From IMG/VR virus record IMGVR_UViG_3300049001_000044, positions 62,001 through 126,000 of that record: DNA of 64,000 nt; one strand, given 5' to 3'. Shown here in pieces: positions 1 to 8,012 of the stretch (position 1 is its first letter; each line of letters begins with the position of its first letter). A program made the translations under genes and the position numbers. The notes under the pieces are model-generated. The model made no database searches. It was not told where the DNA came from and was given only the letters and a program-made list of their open reading frames with translations.

Positions 1-73
1 CCGTACCCTGGAGTCGAACCAGGCTCTATACTGATTAACAGTCAGTCGCATACACCACGCTTGCTCGTACGGA
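1..73 (-). tRNA. tRNA-Asn(GTT); 3' end cut by window edge
   Basis: Reverse complement folds as a cloverleaf; anticodon arm ACTGA-CT-GTT-AA-TCAGT; T-loop GGTTCGACTCC. Confidence 0.9.
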
Positions 74-80
74 ATTGATT

Positions 81-155
81 TGGTGGGGGCAGTGAGAATC
101 GAACTCACCTCTCTCCGGTTAAGAGCCGGGACTTCGCCAGCAAAGTTTCACCCCC
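81..155 (-). tRNA. tRNA-Lys(CTT)
   Basis: Anticodon arm CCGG-CT-CTT-AA-CCGG; GAGTTCGATTCTC T-arm; encoded CCA. Confidence 0.9.
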
Positions 156-162
156 AATGTTT

Positions 163-237
163 TGGCATCGCCGAGGAGAGTCGAACTCCCGTCTCCAGAT
201 TGAAAGTCTAGCGTCCTAACCATTAGACGACGGCGAT
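163..237 (-). tRNA. tRNA-Glu(TTC)
   Basis: Anticodon arm CTAGA-CT-TTC-AA-TCTGG; ATCGCCG/CGGCGAT acceptor; CCA. Confidence 0.92.
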
Positions 238-246
238 ATTGAATTT

Positions 247-320
247 TGGTGTGACGTCGGGTTTCGATCCCTATCTCCAAGTTTCACAGACTTGAGTGCT
301 CCCATTACACTATCGTCACC
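247..320 (-). tRNA. tRNA-His(GTG)
   Basis: Anticodon arm CAAGT-CT-GTG-AA-ACTTG; CCA; atypical ATCGA T-loop. Confidence 0.8.
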
Positions 321-335
321 ACTGAATTTTTCCAT

Positions 336-346
336 TTGTAAGAGCA
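336..346 (-). promoter_or_regulatory. boxA-like antitermination element ahead of tRNAs
   Basis: TGCTCTTACAA, one base short of rrn boxA TGCTCTTTAACA, just 5' of tRNA-His. Confidence 0.4.
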
Positions 347-360
347 CTAACGTTTCAACC

Positions 361-566
361 ATTCTTAGAAGACGGGGTATTGCAACCGTTCTCATTAGAA
401 CTCTAACAAATGGAAGCTGCGCGATTTCTCTAGCAGCATACTTCCATTGCCAAATTCATTTTGCCTTTGTCGCACTCGTCTATCTGAAGGCTACTCGATA
501 GGTTCATCGCGGTCCGGGTTTGTTAGCTCGGATACCCTGTCCGAGGATCGCTGTTTCCCAACAGCT
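361..566 (-). ncRNA. structured non-coding RNA/leader of tRNA operon
   Basis: Hairpins GCTGTT-GGGA-AACAGC, CTCGGA/TCCGAG, TGGAAG/CTTCCA and long-range CTAACAAA/TTTGTTAG pairing; no credible ORF. Confidence 0.45.
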
Positions 567-602
567 AAAAACAAAGAAGGGATAATCTTTCGATTATCCC
601 TT
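567..602 (-). terminator. intrinsic terminator (attenuator) upstream of tRNA cluster
   Basis: AAGGGATAATC-GAAA-GATTATCCCTT followed by CTTTGTTTTT on the minus strand. Confidence 0.9.
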
Positions 603-629
603 AGTGTTTGCTTGGATTTAGTCTTCGAC

Positions 630-761
630 TTAACAGTCTGGACGTTTATCCCCTACACTAAGGGTGGTGCTAATATTCTCGACGCGTTCAAAGCGCACGG
701 TATCGCGTTGGCAATCATGCTGCCAATTTTGATTCGTGTGTTTAAACATTGCGTTGATCAT
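630..761 (-). CDS. putative attenuator leader peptide, 43 aa (MINAMFKHTNQNWQHDCQRDTVRFERVENISTTLSVGDKRPDC)
   Basis: GGAG RBS 6 nt before ATG; overlaps antiterminator arm CCCTTAGTGT (655-664); not in the ORF track because it is shorter than 60 aa. Confidence 0.7.
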   Translation of the reverse strand: MINAMFKHTNQNWQHDCQRDTVRFERVENISTTLSVGDKRPDC

Positions 762-806
762 ATCAAGCTCCAGAATTTTCCAATGCAACAATTTGCATTG
801 TGAAGT

Positions 807-814
807 TATTTATA
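807..814 (-). promoter_or_regulatory. T4-type late promoter TATAAATA
   Basis: Exact T4 gp55 consensus about 45 nt upstream of the leader ATG; a second GTAAATA copy at 877-883. Confidence 0.75.
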
Positions 815-897
815 GGGATGCCGAAAAATTCAGCAACCTGAAGAACGAAGATGTTGTTGCATCGTCGTTGTGAAGTTATTTACGTGGGGTTTTAACC

Positions 898-1027
898 TGG
901 TCGGGAATGATGGAATCGAACCATGGTTTCTTCTGTCCAACCGAAGAGTCCTAACACAAGTCGGTGTGTTACTAACTTGCTGAAAGTATCTTCGGCCAGG
1001 AGCGTTCTGCCATTGAACTAATTCCCG
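898..1027 (-). ncRNA. tRNA-Pro(TGG)-like RNA with ~55-nt structured insertion in the anticodon loop
   Basis: CGGGAAT/ATTCCCG-A-CCA acceptor, D and T arms intact; insert 941-995 closed by CCGAAGA/TCTTCGG. Confidence 0.75.
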
Positions 1028-1054
1028 ATAACTCGTAGTAGAGTTGATGGAGTA

Positions 1055-1088
1055 ATTATAGCTTATTTTGTAAGCAACAAAAACTGCA
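1055..1088 (-). promoter_or_regulatory. phage promoter, class CAGTTTTT-N18-TATAAT
   Basis: Same motif and spacing recur more than 10 times in the window. Confidence 0.75.
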
Positions 1089-1158
1089 TTTTGGTTTGTT
1101 GCAACTGCAAGAGCAGCAGCGACAATGAAATTATAGCTTAAGGGCACGCCAACAAAAA

Positions 1159-1437
1159 CTACTTTTGTGCGCCAACGTATTTGTCGTAGAGTAGATCGAA
1201 CCCTTTCAATCTACCTCGTGGCACGTTCAGCGCCAACTCAAACTGGCTAACAGCACGAGAGCCGTTCCCCGCCATCCTCTTCAATGTCCTACTGTAGCGA
1301 AGGAGCAAGTCACCGCTAGAAATCTTCAGCTCGCCAGCAATGCGAACAATCTCCCGCCTCGCTCTCGCTGCTTCTAGTCCAGGCGTCTCTATCTTCTCAA
1401 CCAAATCCATCTCTTTGAGGTACTCTTTCAGTCTCAT
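1159..1437 (-). CDS. hypothetical, putative head-packaged protein (MRLKEYLKE leader)
   Basis: ORF; N-terminal motif resembles T4 capsid-targeting sequences. Confidence 0.6.
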   Translation of the reverse strand: MRLKEYLKEMDLVEKIETPGLEAARARREIVRIAGELKISSGDLLLRYSRTLKRMAGNGSRAVSQFELALNVPRGRLKGFDLLYDKYVGAQK

Positions 1438-2237
1438 GATACCACCGCCGGAATTGTCTTGTACCCTGCTTGATCGAGGAGGAAGATGCGGTGGTGACCG
1501 TCCTGTAGATGGTAGGAGTCGTCGGGTAGCTTGATCACTTTCGCAGGATGCTTCTTCATGAAGGCTAGCAGGTTAGCTTGAGCCGACTTATCTCTCTTGA
1601 ACTCATCGACGAGGGTGCGCATATCCGCTTTAGGATCCACGCCCATCTTGCAGACGTTGATAAGAACGCCGGCGACTTGCGTGCTAGATACTCCCTGTGT
1701 TCCAATGGCGCCATTCTTTCTCTTGACGTTAGCGATTGGGAAGTCAACGATACCGGCGTCCTCATCCAACTTTGGCTTGCGGAATTTGTTCAGTACTTGA
1801 CCCGCCGCAGCGTGAGACTTACTAAAATCGCGTGTAGCCTTCTTCGCCCCTTGATGCGTTACCGTGAAGACTGCTTTGCTGTCAAGCATGACGTTGATTT
1901 GGACTTGTCTGAACTTGCAGTCGATAATGTCTTGGTTGTCGTGGATTAGTCCAACGTACTTACCGTTCTCAGCGCGTGAGAAGGTGACTGCGATATTCCT
2001 ATCGACACTGCGAAGAACCGCAGGCTCACGTTCGTCCTCATCAAATCCATCGCCAAGCAGTGACTCAAAGATGATGTGCGCTGCATCTCCCGCAACAAAG
2101 TATTGGAAGCGAGGACCAAGTGAGACGTACTTTGGCTCGCCCATGTAAGCCATTTCCTTGTTGCTCTCAATCCACCCTAGAATGTATTCCTTAATGTCGT
2201 CGTTGATCGACTCACCTAGATAGTCTTTGAATCTCAT
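1434..2237 (-). CDS. putative head-packaged protein with C-terminal ParB/Srx-like domain
   Basis: MRFKDYLGE leader; YHLQDGHHRIF motif of ParB/sulfiredoxin fold. Confidence 0.65.
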   Translation of the reverse strand: MRFKDYLGESINDDIKEYILGWIESNKEMAYMGEPKYVSLGPRFQYFVAGDAAHIIFESLLGDGFDEDEREPAVLRSVDRNIAVTFSRAENGKYVGLIHDNQDIIDCKFRQVQINVMLDSKAVFTVTHQGAKKATRDFSKSHAAAGQVLNKFRKPKLDEDAGIVDFPIANVKRKNGAIGTQGVSSTQVAGVLINVCKMGVDPKADMRTLVDEFKRDKSAQANLLAFMKKHPAKVIKLPDDSYHLQDGHHRIFLLDQAGYKTIPAVVS

Positions 2238-3346
2238 ACCTTCTTCCTTAGTTTTGCGATGAGTTGTTCCATCTCTTTGGCAGGGTCAACCTTACCAGTT
2301 GCTTTGTTGATTGCTGACTTCGTTGCGTTCTTGGAGTCGACGTAGGTCTTAGCATTTTGGTTCACCTTACCGAGGTAGGAATCTAAGTTGCTCTCCAATC
2401 TTTGCATCATGAAGTAGGCACGAATACCATCTGCTAACTCAGCCTCTTTCTTTAATTCTTCAGGGGACATCTTAGACAACCTCAGCAGATATCTCCACAT
2501 CATCAGCTGCTCACCTTCTGCCTGTGATCTAGTCATGCCGCTATACTTGCGATAACCATCAACGAACAATGCCCATTGATACCCGTCATCGCCCTCGTGG
2601 CTCATAGATCTGATTTTTACTCGGTCTATGATGCTCTTTCCGAACTCCTTGTAGAGGGCTTCCTTGCGCTCCTTCTGCCGTTCGTAATTGAGCTTGTTGC
2701 GTGCCTTCTTTTCTTCGGGGTCATTCTTAATGCGGTCACGTTCTACCCGCATCTCATCGTAATACACATGTTCTTCCTTTGCCTCATCAAGCCATTTCTT
2801 CAGCACTTCAATTGGCGCAACAATTGTTGCCGCATTTGATTTAAAAGTGTAGATGTTCTTGATTAGGTGGCCTAACTGATTGTACGCCTTATACTTCTTG
2901 GCAATGGCGGTGCTCACTACCGAATAGACAAGCTTCAGTGCTGGCCCAGTCTTTGTTGCAACATGAATCTTTACCTTACCATCACCGAGGTCTGTGAGTT
3001 GGACATCATCGTACGTGAGCTCAACAGGCTGTTCCCAACCACTCCAATCTGCCGTTGCTTTCTTCGTCTTGAAATGGTTGCCGTGAATGCGCCAGACATC
3101 CATAGGCCAATCCAAATCCATGTCCTTCATGTATTCAACCGCCTCTTGTGGAGTGGTGAACTTCAACTTGCTAGGGTGCGCAGCTTTCAGCTCATTGAAC
3201 TTCGCCTTAGCCTTCTTTTCGGCGGCCTTGACGGCTTCCTTGCTCGGGGCCTTGTCGATATTGGTCAGGTCGAATGAGTGTCCAAAGAAAATCTGTGCCT
3301 TGAATGTTGGCTTTGCGGCTGCTTCAAAGAGCTGAATTAGTTTCAT
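2234..3346 (-). CDS. hypothetical, putative head-packaged protein (MKLIQLFE)
   Basis: Start re-called at ATG after GGAGA RBS. Confidence 0.65.
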   Translation of the reverse strand: MKLIQLFEAAAKPTFKAQIFFGHSFDLTNIDKAPSKEAVKAAEKKAKAKFNELKAAHPSKLKFTTPQEAVEYMKDMDLDWPMDVWRIHGNHFKTKKATADWSGWEQPVELTYDDVQLTDLGDGKVKIHVATKTGPALKLVYSVVSTAIAKKYKAYNQLGHLIKNIYTFKSNAATIVAPIEVLKKWLDEAKEEHVYYDEMRVERDRIKNDPEEKKARNKLNYERQKERKEALYKEFGKSIIDRVKIRSMSHEGDDGYQWALFVDGYRKYSGMTRSQAEGEQLMMWRYLLRLSKMSPEELKKEAELADGIRAYFMMQRLESNLDSYLGKVNQNAKTYVDSKNATKSAINKATGKVDPAKEMEQLIAKLRKKV

Positions 3347-3347
3347 C

Positions 3348-3860
3348 TTATCTCCAAGGGTTGGACTCTGGCTTGATGTTGCCATCCTTGTCGACGCGAT
3401 AGAACGGGCTGTTGTCATCTACGTGGCCTTGCTTGGCGTCATGGACGTGGTCGCCTGCGGTATCATCCCACATGTCTGCGAGATAATCGTAGAAGCCCTT
3501 AGTGCCCTTGTTGAACTTTCTAATGATGCGGTCGATAGCGTCCATGTCGATCTCATACTTGCGCTGGATACGTTCCAACTTGAAGGATGGATCACTACCG
3601 TCAAGTGCTTGAGCTGCAATCATGGAGAGCTCGGTATCGATCTGATACTCCAGCTGTCTCTTAGCTTCTTGGGCCTTAGCACGCTTGTCTTTGCGCTCTT
3701 CGTCAGACATTTTCTGGCGCTTCTTGACAGGTTCATCGTGCGATGCAGCCCATTCTGCGGCGCCCGGGCTAGACATCGACTTGAACCGCTTATATGAACC
3801 GCTCTTGTTTTTGATTTGCACCGAACTCGGTTTGGCCTCGAACAGCTCTGTAACTTTCAT
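3348..3860 (-). CDS. hypothetical, putative head-packaged protein (MKVTELFE)
   Basis: Late-type TAAATA at 3892-3897 upstream. Confidence 0.65.
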   Translation of the reverse strand: MKVTELFEAKPSSVQIKNKSGSYKRFKSMSSPGAAEWAASHDEPVKKRQKMSDEERKDKRAKAQEAKRQLEYQIDTELSMIAAQALDGSDPSFKLERIQRKYEIDMDAIDRIIRKFNKGTKGFYDYLADMWDDTAGDHVHDAKQGHVDDNSPFYRVDKDGNIKPESNPWR

Positions 3861-3950
3861 GGAGAATCTCCAAGTATGGTTATAAAGAAGGTATTTATGT
3901 CCGGGTCCCGAGCATAAGAAAGCCCGCGAGGGTATCACGGGCCAGGATAC

Positions 3951-4460
3951 TTAGCCGCGAACTGCTTCGAAGATTGTCCAACCATCCTCAACACGAGTAT
4001 TCACGATGCGCAGTGAGGTGCCAATTCCCAAAATCCACTCTGCCTCCGCTTCGTACGTCTCAATGAGAGTGTCTCCATCGGACTCTTCGTATTCTTGTGG
4101 ATTCAACTGCTTCATCTTCTTGTGAAGATCGATGGCCCACTTACACAGCGGAAAACCTCGTACGCACTTGACATGAAGGAGGGCTTTAACTTGTCTGCCA
4201 AACCTCTCCGCCACGCACCTGTACTCGGTCAAACTTGTGTAGTGATCCAAGGTGAATCGCACGTTTGACCCAAACTGCAGCAGTTCAGTGATGGCCTTTA
4301 CCTCTTGCTCGTAAAGGCCACGCCAAAGCTGCGTGCCATCTTCACTAAGAAGCCTCAGTGCTTTTTCAACACTTGGGATTGCTTCCCCATGTTTTCCTAT
4401 GTGACCTTTGCTGTGCACCAAATACAACAGGGTCGACTCATCATCATTTGTTATAGTCAT
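3951..4460 (-). CDS. putative ADP-ribosyltransferase (R-S-E clade)
   Basis: LWRGL...YTSLT...EAEWIL motifs; early-type promoter upstream. Confidence 0.6.
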   Translation of the reverse strand: MTITNDDESTLLYLVHSKGHIGKHGEAIPSVEKALRLLSEDGTQLWRGLYEQEVKAITELLQFGSNVRFTLDHYTSLTEYRCVAERFGRQVKALLHVKCVRGFPLCKWAIDLHKKMKQLNPQEYEESDGDTLIETYEAEAEWILGIGTSLRIVNTRVEDGWTIFEAVRG

Positions 4461-4549
4461 CTCGCTCCCTAATTGTTATAAAAGCGCATCACCTCGATGC
4501 AGTTAAATTATAACACAGGTTGTTAAGAGTGCACAAAAATTTTCAAATT

Positions 4550-5797
4550 TTACAATGTGAAACGCGTGATATCCCCATTGATAATTTCTCCCTTGACCCA
4601 CTCACCAAAGGCATTACAGCCTATCAATCTCGTGGGGCCCTGGCGAGAAGCGAGGAGAGACCAGATTTCTCTGAAGAATCCTTCTCCCACCTCTAGTCTT
4701 CTCTTGTAGTAGTTGAGAGGAGAGGCGTAGATGTCTGCAAAGTTTACCACGACGCTGCTTTCAATATCCAAAATTTCCTTGATGAAGTCTTCCAACTCAT
4801 AGGATAGGAAGTCAACTTGCTTATAGATAACTTCCACATCCTTCAACGGCTGCACCACTGCGTACTCATCGCAGTCAAAGTCGCCAACCATGACTGCTTT
4901 TTCGGCTGATGGAAGATCCTTGAAGGTGCTCACCACATCGCCGTATAGTACGCTACTCTCTGCCGAAAATAGCAGGTGTTGGAAGTCAAGTGCCTCTTGC
5001 GAACGGTCCACGACGTAGATTTTCTTTACCTTGTAGTGCTCAGCCAGGATGAGAGGAGATAGTCCGGCGGCGTGCGTGATAAGTACGTCTGCCACACCAT
5101 CAGGGAGGTCAGGTAGCTCCTCACCACTTTCGTGCATGACGACATGTTGGAGTTTAGCAAGCACTTCCTTTTCAAAAATCGATTCAAAGTGCAGCTCGTG
5201 GTAAGGTGTTTTGAATTCGAACAGGAAGGTACCCTCTTCTAGTGGTAGGTTGTAGAACCTACCGTACTTTTTCAACTGTGCATTGATGAGCAGGCCGCCT
5301 CTCGCGGCATCATCCTTGCTAACCATTGCATTTTCGCCGTTCCTTTCCAAGCCATCGCTGACTTCTTTGAAGCCAACACCGATCATCTGCGTACCATTGA
5401 ACTTGGGCGAGTCGCATGCCTTCCATTCGTCGATGTTGAAGAACAAACATGTCTCTTCTAACCGCGCATATTCAACTGTCTTGCTAGCATAGCCGACTAC
5501 CATGTTGTCGCAGTACCGCTCTAAGCGCGCAACACTTTGCTCGTCATAAATGATGTGGTTGGCACTTTGCACAACGAGGTACTTCGTCTCGCACGTCCCA
5601 AGCGCATGGTCCACGCTGTCACGAAGTAGGATGTGTTTGGCATTCAGTTTGTCACGGAAGAATGGGATGAATGCTTTCGCAAAATCCCAATGCCAGTTTG
5701 GTTCGCCATCCTTAGGATTGAGGATGGCGATAGTTAGGTCGTCTCGAATCATTTCAATGTCCTGTAGTCCGGATGGTGCGCACGACAACGTCCCCAT
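4550..5797 (-). CDS. hypothetical late protein, possibly a Rossmann-fold modification enzyme
   Basis: 415-aa ORF; GATAAATA late promoter inside a hairpin upstream. Confidence 0.5.
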   Translation of the reverse strand: MGTLSCAPSGLQDIEMIRDDLTIAILNPKDGEPNWHWDFAKAFIPFFRDKLNAKHILLRDSVDHALGTCETKYLVVQSANHIIYDEQSVARLERYCDNMVVGYASKTVEYARLEETCLFFNIDEWKACDSPKFNGTQMIGVGFKEVSDGLERNGENAMVSKDDAARGGLLINAQLKKYGRFYNLPLEEGTFLFEFKTPYHELHFESIFEKEVLAKLQHVVMHESGEELPDLPDGVADVLITHAAGLSPLILAEHYKVKKIYVVDRSQEALDFQHLLFSAESSVLYGDVVSTFKDLPSAEKAVMVGDFDCDEYAVVQPLKDVEVIYKQVDFLSYELEDFIKEILDIESSVVVNFADIYASPLNYYKRRLEVGEGFFREIWSLLASRQGPTRLIGCNAFGEWVKGEIINGDITRFTL

Positions 5798-5849
5798 CCT
5801 GAATAAAGAAGTATTTATCCAGTACGGGGACGTTCAGATTTGATGCGAG

Positions 5850-6290
5850 TTAGATGTCTCGACCGTAAGCGTCTACGAGATATGGACCACCGACAGGGCC
5901 AATGAACTTGGCTTCTACCTTGATACCGTTAGGGCTTCTTACTTCATCGATGAGGTAGTAGTTGTCATTCACTCGTTCAACCATCCGCATTGCACAGCGA
6001 CAGAGGGGCTCCACTTTTCGCTCTGGACCCCAAGGCTTATCTTCGTAACCAGGCAGCGTAGCTTGACCCATGCACCCACAAGCATACCCATACGACGGTG
6101 GTTTAGCCAGATATTGGCGAATGGCAGTTTGCTTTTCGATCGTCAGCAACAGCTTAGCTCGCAATTCGCCGACAGTTAAACTGCCACCTTCAACATCCGG
6201 AGAGATGATGGGAGTATCGTCAGTGATAGTGCCTACAACCTTGAACTCTTTAGGGCCGCACGAACAGCTTTCGCATTTTCCGCAAGACAT
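5850..6290 (-). CDS. hypothetical Cys-containing protein
   Basis: ORF with RBS. Confidence 0.6.
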   Translation of the reverse strand: MSCGKCESCSCGPKEFKVVGTITDDTPIISPDVEGGSLTVGELRAKLLLTIEKQTAIRQYLAKPPSYGYACGCMGQATLPGYEDKPWGPERKVEPLCRCAMRMVERVNDNYYLIDEVRSPNGIKVEAKFIGPVGGPYLVDAYGRDI

Positions 6291-6298
6291 AACTTTCC

Positions 6299-6478
6299 TT
6301 AATCGAAGATAGAACCGATGATGTCGCCAGCGGCTTCAGCACCGCCCATGGCGATCATCCAACCCAGGCAGTTGACACCGAAGCCGATCAGTGCACCGAT
6401 ACCAGGTGCGTGTTTGGCCAACTCACCGATGAGGGCGCCCAGACCAGCGCAGACGATGGAGGTAAAGATGAACCACAT
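6299..6478 (-). CDS. small membrane protein
   Basis: Hydrophobic 59-aa ORF (MWFIFTSIVC...). Confidence 0.55.
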   Translation of the reverse strand: MWFIFTSIVCAGLGALIGELAKHAPGIGALIGFGVNCLGWMIAMGGAEAAGDIIGSIFD

Positions 6479-6479
6479 G

Positions 6480-6794
6480 TTAGCCCCTCCGCACCGAACC
6501 ACCGGCAGTGATATTACCGCCGACATCATCACAACTGACCGAGCCACCGGCCATCACGCTACCACCCACGTCATTGCAGCTTACGCTGCCGCCAGCTTGG
6601 ACATTACCCTTGACGTTGTTGCAGGAAATGCTGGCGTCTGACGAGATGTTTTCAACCACGCCTTCCAGGATTCGAACTTCAACAACGCCTTGCGCGTCAT
6701 CACGACGTTCCACGCCGTCGATAATGATCTTGCTGCCGTTAATGACGATGTTGTTGCCTTGGTAGATTTTACCGTTGATATTGATAGTGCCCAT
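6480..6794 (-). CDS. beta-helix repeat protein
   Basis: Tandem GSVSCxDVGGxVxAG repeats. Confidence 0.7.
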   Translation of the reverse strand: MGTININGKIYQGNNIVINGSKIIIDGVERRDDAQGVVEVRILEGVVENISSDASISCNNVKGNVQAGGSVSCNDVGGSVMAGGSVSCDDVGGNITAGGSVRRG

Positions 6795-6797
6795 TGT

Positions 6798-7601
6798 TTA
6801 GTTCCTCGTAAAGTTTTCTTCAAGTGCCATCACCAGCTTTTGCATGTCGCAAGCGTAGAAGCCGCAGGAGTTCAAGGTGTTGATCTCCACTACCTTCAGA
6901 CCTTCGCTCGTGTCTGCAACGTCAATGACGAACGCTTCATGCGGTTGCCATTCAGCGATTCTCTCTTCAGCATACTTCTGGAAGATGCTATCAGCAGGCA
7001 GCGATTGGTAGATTACAGTGTGGCCCAGTTTGTAAGTAGAGCTCGTCACTACCTTGCCCTTGACAACCCAGAAGCGGTGCTCGGAGTAGATCTTCTTTGG
7101 CTTGCAGAGCTGGATGAGGGTGTGCTTGTTTAGCGAATCACCGTAGTCTTCTTCCAACACGCACACCTTACGTTTCCAGGTGTAGAACTCGTCTCGCTCG
7201 AACACCTTACCAGCGAAGGATTTGGAATCGTGGATGGGACGAATGAACATCAGCTCATCGTCAAAATTCGCATCACCGAATTCACAAACTACCGCGTCAT
7301 AGTTCAGCATGTGGTTGCCCCACTTTGCCAACTGAATGGTGAAGTCGAACGGCTCCAGATCGAACACTCCTGGATACCAACCTTCCTTCTTCGCAGTGTG
7401 TCGCATCGAGTAGCTACCCATGCAGATCACATTGTCGTAGCCATCAATAGGGCACTGCGAATGGAACGGTGGGGTGATCTCACCGATGAAGGGGATGATC
7501 TTGTGGATGGAGTGCGGGATGTTGAATTTCTCCAGCGTCTCCAACAGCACGTTGTAGGCGTCCTCGTTGAAGAGATTATTTTGCAATACCCAATGCATCA
7601 C
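6798..7601 (-). CDS. ATP-grasp domain protein (R2K/DUF4343-like)
   Basis: FIRP..KSFAG, EHRFWVV, FVIDVA, VVEINT motifs. Confidence 0.75.
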   Translation of the reverse strand: MMHWVLQNNLFNEDAYNVLLETLEKFNIPHSIHKIIPFIGEITPPFHSQCPIDGYDNVICMGSYSMRHTAKKEGWYPGVFDLEPFDFTIQLAKWGNHMLNYDAVVCEFGDANFDDELMFIRPIHDSKSFAGKVFERDEFYTWKRKVCVLEEDYGDSLNKHTLIQLCKPKKIYSEHRFWVVKGKVVTSSTYKLGHTVIYQSLPADSIFQKYAEERIAEWQPHEAFVIDVADTSEGLKVVEINTLNSCGFYACDMQKLVMALEENFTRN

Positions 7602-7760
7602 TTGTCCTTTCGCTTGTCAACTTCTACTTCCAAACCATCAACATAACCATCGTAGTCAGTGTGGACACGGACGGTCACTGCGCTGTGCGACACATCCAAT
7701 TCCTTCGCAAGCAGTAACTCCAAATCTGCTTTCGTGTACTCATAGGTGATGACGTCAGAT

Positions 7761-8012
7761 TTAATTCTCGGCATTTTTAATCCTTTCTTTCAACATTGCG
7801 TCAGCGCAACGATAGGCCCAGTGAGCAAAGTCACCAGGAGAATTGCAACCAGTGACTGGATTGCCCGTTACTCCTGCAAGAGCCTGGCCAGCGAATTGAT
7901 CGCGAAGCTCAAGCGGATGCAGGGGCGTCTTCATTATCTTCAACGCCTCTGCCATGGTCAACCCGTAGCGGTCTCGTACCAAGGCGATTACATCATGGAT
8001 TGTTGGAGTCAT
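7761..8012 (-). CDS. hypothetical phage protein
   Basis: LRDQFAGQAL...AYRCADAML motif common in phage hypotheticals. Confidence 0.6.
   Translation of the reverse strand: MTPTIHDVIALVRDRYGLTMAEALKIMKTPLHPLELRDQFAGQALAGVTGNPVTGCNSPGDFAHWAYRCADAMLKERIKNAEN

Noticed and set aside
941-995. Group I intron or hammerhead ribozyme in the tRNA-Pro insertion
   Set aside because: Too short for group I, and it lacks the CUGANGA/GAAA hammerhead core on the transcribed strand.
292-1147. Track ORFs 292-501, 447-803 and 830-1147
   Set aside because: They overlap tRNA, attenuator and tRNA-like elements, lack an RBS and look like shadow frames.
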